A DNA stretch of 63,753 nt, filler included, from Stramenopiles sp. TOSAG23-6 (Eukaryota): assembly GCA_900128565.1 (NCBI GenBank). It is 23 parts of 23 records of this genome, joined end to end, with 100 filler letters (N's around TTAATTAATTAA, not from the genome) between each part and the next. Parts side by side here need not be neighbours in the genome. Positions count along the whole stretch, not along the records: positions 58,332 to 60,992 come from LT637886.1; positions 61,093 to 63,753 come from LT637887.1; 21 more parts are not named here. The stretch is one strand, 5' to 3'. Position 1 is the first letter of the stretch. Every line of letters begins with the position of its first letter. Below, in pieces: positions 58,332 to 63,753 of the stretch. The notes beneath the pieces are model-generated. The model saw only the letters and a list, made by a program, of their open reading frames with translations. It was not told where the DNA came from and made no database searches. The position numbers and the translations under genes are program-made.

Positions 58332-60992
58332 GAAAAAAAACAAAAAATATAAAATAATATTTATTTGAATCTATTGCTAGATTTCAAACTATAAAGTTTG
58401 TTAGTAAGTCTTTGTGTTAAATCTGCCTCATTTTTAAGAAGATCTTCAAAAAAACCACTACTTCTACATGCAGTCAGGAGTAATGGAATATAATTACTAA
58501 TTTTTCTTGCACTAGGTGATACATGTCCATTTGTACTTTTAATATTGTTCTTTTCATAGAAATCTTCGATAAATCTTGCTTGATTAGCAGTCCATCTTTC
58601 ATATGGCCCTCTTTTTAGTGTTTTTCGTGTTTTCTTATCTGTACCAACTGCCCTCACTCGGTCGGGTGCCTTCCTTTTTAATGTCGAAGAAGCTGAAGCG
58701 TCAACCTTAAAACGTCCAGATAGAGGACCGCCGAAAGTAGAACTCCCACTTTCTTGACCATCACTAACAAACTCCCTCTTTCCACCAGCAATTTCCGCTG
58801 GTTCTACATCTGCTTCTGCCGATGCTTTTGCTAGAGCTTGAATTATTACTGCTGGTTTTGGTTTTGGTTTTGCTTCTGCTTTTGCTTGAATTATTGCTGC
58901 TGCTTTTGCTTGAGCTTGAATTATTGCTGCTACTTTTGCTTTTGCTTCATGTGTTAAAGAAGACGCTTCACCTGTAACACTATTATGTGCACCCTGCTTT
59001 CCCTTAAAAATACCTGTTTCTGAGAGAGACCCTGTTATTCTAGCAATCAAAACTTTAGCATGCAATTTCAACATATCCAAATCTTTACCATTTGCAAAGC
59101 CTTCCACAAGGTCGTCAAGTTCGTCTTCTGAAGATTCTGAGGATGAACTATCAGAATCTATTGCACCATCATCACCTGTAGCGTTTTTCAATTCTGACGG
59201 TAGAGAACGCGGGTTTTCATTAATAATTTCGTGATAAATATCTTCATTATTAGACTCTAAAGAAGTATCGGAAGTATCATCCTTCAAAATATCATGCCTC
59301 AAAATATCATTTTTTTCTGTAAAAATTGTATTCCTCTCCAATTCCCATGGAAACTTCTGAATTGTATCCCTCTCGAAATCCCATGGAAACTCCTGAACCG
59401 CATCGGGGAACTCCCGGAACTCTGACTTCCAAATCTTATCCGCACTGGGTAAATTAGTCGCGAGATTACACGTTAATCCCAAATCGAGGCATGAAAGAAT
59501 TGTAAATAAATAAATAAAATTCATCTGTATTAAGCCTTGTATGGTGTTCGCCAACTTTTACGTATTCGATACGCTTAATTAGCTTGGTACAGCTAATGGG
59601 TACCGGTAATTAAAAGCTCGCTGCGCTGGCTCGATCTCATCTCAGATTCTCGACTGCTCGATTTTTTGATCAGATCGGTCATTTAAAACATCAAAAACAT
59701 CACCGATTGCATTGTGCCGCTGCGCAGGCTTTCACATTTTATTTATGAATGATAAATAATTAATATTTTTTGCAAATGTCAGATGGATACGACTACGATG
59801 CTCTTGTGAATGGAAACGCTATTGACCAGCAGCAATTGAATTCAAATGTATTAGAACTTAAAGTTGCACTTCTAAATGAGAAGCTTTGTCCTGAAATATT
59901 ACAGTACAAAGATGAGCTCGTAGACGATATCAAGAAACAACTTGAGCTACAGCAAGACCTCATCATTCAAGGCGGCGGCCCGAATAATTTTTCAATTGCT
60001 ATATATCAGATGGAGATTGATCGAATTCGTTTTATGCTTACCTCTTATTTGCGTGTGCGTTTGCTGAAGCTTGAAAAGTATGTGTTCTATATAATGGCAA
60101 CCGCCGATTTCCACAACAGGTTATCACCAGGAGAGTTTGAATATGCAAAGCAGCACCTCAACAATATTGGATCACATTTCAATGATTTAGTTTTAAACCA
60201 TTTACCGGATAAGTTTAAGGGATTGGACGAGACTAAAACCCAGTTGGCAAAACCTCCTTTGAATGAATTCGTGTTTTGCCGAGTTAAGAAAGACATTGGT
60301 GATGTAGACGTTGGTGACTTAGACCTTGCAGGGGGGCATGTCGACCTTGAAAAAGATGATGCTTATCTACTGCGATATATAGCAATTCAAACACAGTTAT
60401 ACGAAGGAAAAGTTGATCTTATTTAAAAAATTTATTTCATGGAGTTACAATATTTTAAGAACTTTTTTTTTTTTTTTTACGGTTTGCGTTCTCAGTCGCC
60501 CACTTTTGTTGTTGTTTCCATATCGCTTCTTGATACATTCTCTGATATTCTACATCATCAAACCCAATCAATGATTCTAAAGATGGACCCATAAAGTATA
60601 AGTATAACGAAGCTCCTGCCAACACGGTTACTATATGAATTTGGTACAAATAAACTCTGCAAAACATTGTTGTTACCAGTGCTAAAAAAACAAGAAATGT
60701 GCGTAATAGCATTGTTCCATTTACACCAATGTCATTAGACAAGCCATTTGATCCATATATACCTCTACTATTTTTCATTTTCGATGAATCTCGATATACA
60801 GCTACGCACCAATCGCACCACTCATTTTTCATTTCAAAATAACTTGGACAGTTACGTATTGTGAAATATAGTTCACGTTTGAAATTCGTTAGGTACACAA
60901 TGTTTTAGGAAAAACAATTTGAACAATAATACATCTGAATAAATTTGAACAATAAATTTGAACAATAAATTTGAACAATAAATTTGAACAAT
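58332..60992. repeat. Duplicate of contig 30662-33335 (includes SLD5 at 59776-60426)
   Basis: Same start and identical ORFs; one fewer 13-nt terminal repeat unit. Confidence 0.95.
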
Positions 60993-61092
60993 NNNNNNNN
61001 NNNNNNNNNNNNNNNNNNNNNNNNNNNNNNNNNNNNTTAATTAATTAANNNNNNNNNNNNNNNNNNNNNNNNNNNNNNNNNNNNNNNNNNNN

Positions 61093-63753
61093 GAAAAAAA
61101 ACAAAAAATATAAAATAATATTTATTTGAATCTATTGCTAGATTTCAAACTATAAAGTTTGTTAGTAAGTCTTTGTGTTAAATCTGCCTCATTTTTAAGA
61201 AGATCTTCAAAAAAACCACTACTTCTACATGCAGTCAGGAGTAATGGAATATAATTACTAATTTTTCTTGCACTAGGTGATACATGTCCATTTGTACTTT
61301 TAATATTGTTCTTTTCATAGAAATCTTCGATAAATCTTGCTTGATTAGCAGTCCATCTTTCATATGGCCCTCTTTTTAGTGTTTTTCGTGTTTTCTTATC
61401 TGTACCAACTGCCCTCACTCGGTCGGGTGCCTTCCTTTTTAATGTCGAAGAAGCTGAAGCGTCAACCTTAAAACGTCCAGATAGAGGACCGCCGAAAGTA
61501 GAACTCCCACTTTCTTGACCATCACTAACAAACTCCCTCTTTCCACCAGCAATTTCCGCTGGTTCTACATCTGCTTCTGCCGATGCTTTTGCTAGAGCTT
61601 GAATTATTACTGCTGGTTTTGGTTTTGGTTTTGCTTCTGCTTTTGCTTGAATTATTGCTGCTGCTTTTGCTTGAGCTTGAATTATTGCTGCTACTTTTGC
61701 TTTTGCTTCATGTGTTAAAGAAGACGCTTCACCTGTAACACTATTATGTGCACCCTGCTTTCCCTTAAAAATACCTGTTTCTGAGAGAGACCCTGTTATT
61801 CTAGCAATCAAAACTTTAGCATGCAATTTCAACATATCCAAATCTTTACCATTTGCAAAGCCTTCCACAAGGTCGTCAAGTTCGTCTTCTGAAGATTCTG
61901 AGGATGAACTATCAGAATCTATTGCACCATCATCACCTGTAGCGTTTTTCAATTCTGACGGTAGAGAACGCGGGTTTTCATTAATAATTTCGTGATAAAT
62001 ATCTTCATTATTAGACTCTAAAGAAGTATCGGAAGTATCATCCTTCAAAATATCATGCCTCAAAATATCATTTTTTTCTGTAAAAATTGTATTCCTCTCC
62101 AATTCCCATGGAAACTTCTGAATTGTATCCCTCTCGAAATCCCATGGAAACTCCTGAACCGCATCGGGGAACTCCCGGAACTCTGACTTCCAAATCTTAT
62201 CCGCACTGGGTAAATTAGTCGCGAGATTACACGTTAATCCCAAATCGAGGCATGAAAGAATTGTAAATAAATAAATAAAATTCATCTGTATTAAGCCTTG
62301 TATGGTGTTCGCCAACTTTTACGTATTCGATACGCTTAATTAGCTTGGTACAGCTAATGGGTACCGGTAATTAAAAGCTCGCTGCGCTGGCTCGATCTCA
62401 TCTCAGATTCTCGACTGCTCGATTTTTTGATCAGATCGGTCATTTAAAACATCAAAAACATCACCGATTGCATTGTGCCGCTGCGCAGGCTTTCACATTT
62501 TATTTATGAATGATAAATAATTAATATTTTTTGCAAATGTCAGATGGATACGACTACGATGCTCTTGTGAATGGAAACGCTATTGACCAGCAGCAATTGA
62601 ATTCAAATGTATTAGAACTTAAAGTTGCACTTCTAAATGAGAAGCTTTGTCCTGAAATATTACAGTACAAAGATGAGCTCGTAGACGATATCAAGAAACA
62701 ACTTGAGCTACAGCAAGACCTCATCATTCAAGGCGGCGGCCCGAATAATTTTTCAATTGCTATATATCAGATGGAGATTGATCGAATTCGTTTTATGCTT
62801 ACCTCTTATTTGCGTGTGCGTTTGCTGAAGCTTGAAAAGTATGTGTTCTATATAATGGCAACCGCCGATTTCCACAACAGGTTATCACCAGGAGAGTTTG
62901 AATATGCAAAGCAGCACCTCAACAATATTGGATCACATTTCAATGATTTAGTTTTAAACCATTTACCGGATAAGTTTAAGGGATTGGACGAGACTAAAAC
63001 CCAGTTGGCAAAACCTCCTTTGAATGAATTCGTGTTTTGCCGAGTTAAGAAAGACATTGGTGATGTAGACGTTGGTGACTTAGACCTTGCAGGGGGGCAT
63101 GTCGACCTTGAAAAAGATGATGCTTATCTACTGCGATATATAGCAATTCAAACACAGTTATACGAAGGAAAAGTTGATCTTATTTAAAAAATTTATTTCA
63201 TGGAGTTACAATATTTTAAGAACTTTTTTTTTTTTTTTTACGGTTTGCGTTCTCAGTCGCCCACTTTTGTTGTTGTTTCCATATCGCTTCTTGATACATT
63301 CTCTGATATTCTACATCATCAAACCCAATCAATGATTCTAAAGATGGACCCATAAAGTATAAGTATAACGAAGCTCCTGCCAACACGGTTACTATATGAA
63401 TTTGGTACAAATAAACTCTGCAAAACATTGTTGTTACCAGTGCTAAAAAAACAAGAAATGTGCGTAATAGCATTGTTCCATTTACACCAATGTCATTAGA
63501 CAAGCCATTTGATCCATATATACCTCTACTATTTTTCATTTTCGATGAATCTCGATATACAGCTACGCACCAATCGCACCACTCATTTTTCATTTCAAAA
63601 TAACTTGGACAGTTACGTATTGTGAAATATAGTTCACGTTTGAAATTCGTTAGGTACACAATGTTTTAGGAAAAACAATTTGAACAATAATACATCTGAA
63701 TAAATTTGAACAATAAATTTGAACAATAAATTTGAACAATAAATTTGAACAAT
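61093..63753. repeat. Third copy of contig 30662-33335 (includes SLD5 at 62537-63187)
   Basis: Same length and ORFs as 58332-60992. Confidence 0.95.

Noticed and set aside
58332-63753. Three copies of the SLD5 contig as gene amplification
   Set aside because: Identical start points and ORFs indicate assembly redundancy.

Overview
This is not one locus. It is 23 unrelated ~2.7-kb contigs of an AT-rich unicellular eukaryote, joined by an artificial N-TTAATTAATTAA-N linker. Fold-back chimeras and a triplicated contig suggest a single-cell amplified genome; a heterotrophic protist, possibly a stramenopile, is only an inference. The genes are mostly ordinary eukaryotic ones (SNX, UPF2, EDEM, NEDD1, SLD5, ZFYVE26, ESCO/Eco1, PIF1, ELMOD, MRPS15, APH-1, inositol 5-phosphatase, arginase, CAP), plus a homolog of the p1 subunit of the MTA1c/AMT1 6mA DNA methyltransferase. 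The main signal is the intron system. Most introns do not end in AG. I delimited 32 complete introns as GT...AT (30) or GA...AT (2), against 6 GT...AG. Their shared architecture is exon-AT|GTAYGTTTT ... GTACGAAATTTYGTACCTAAC (palindrome plus branch-like motif) ... AAATATTTTTYCMMAATACAT|exon. Splicing at these non-AG ends restores conserved motifs in PIF1, arginase, the 5-phosphatase, the ESCO zinc finger, an FN2 domain, UPF2 and APH-1. Several introns carry 8-12 nt direct repeats across both junctions, consistent with recent intron gain at AT|G sites. No RNA data were available, so all splice calls are inferred from reading-frame and motif restoration.
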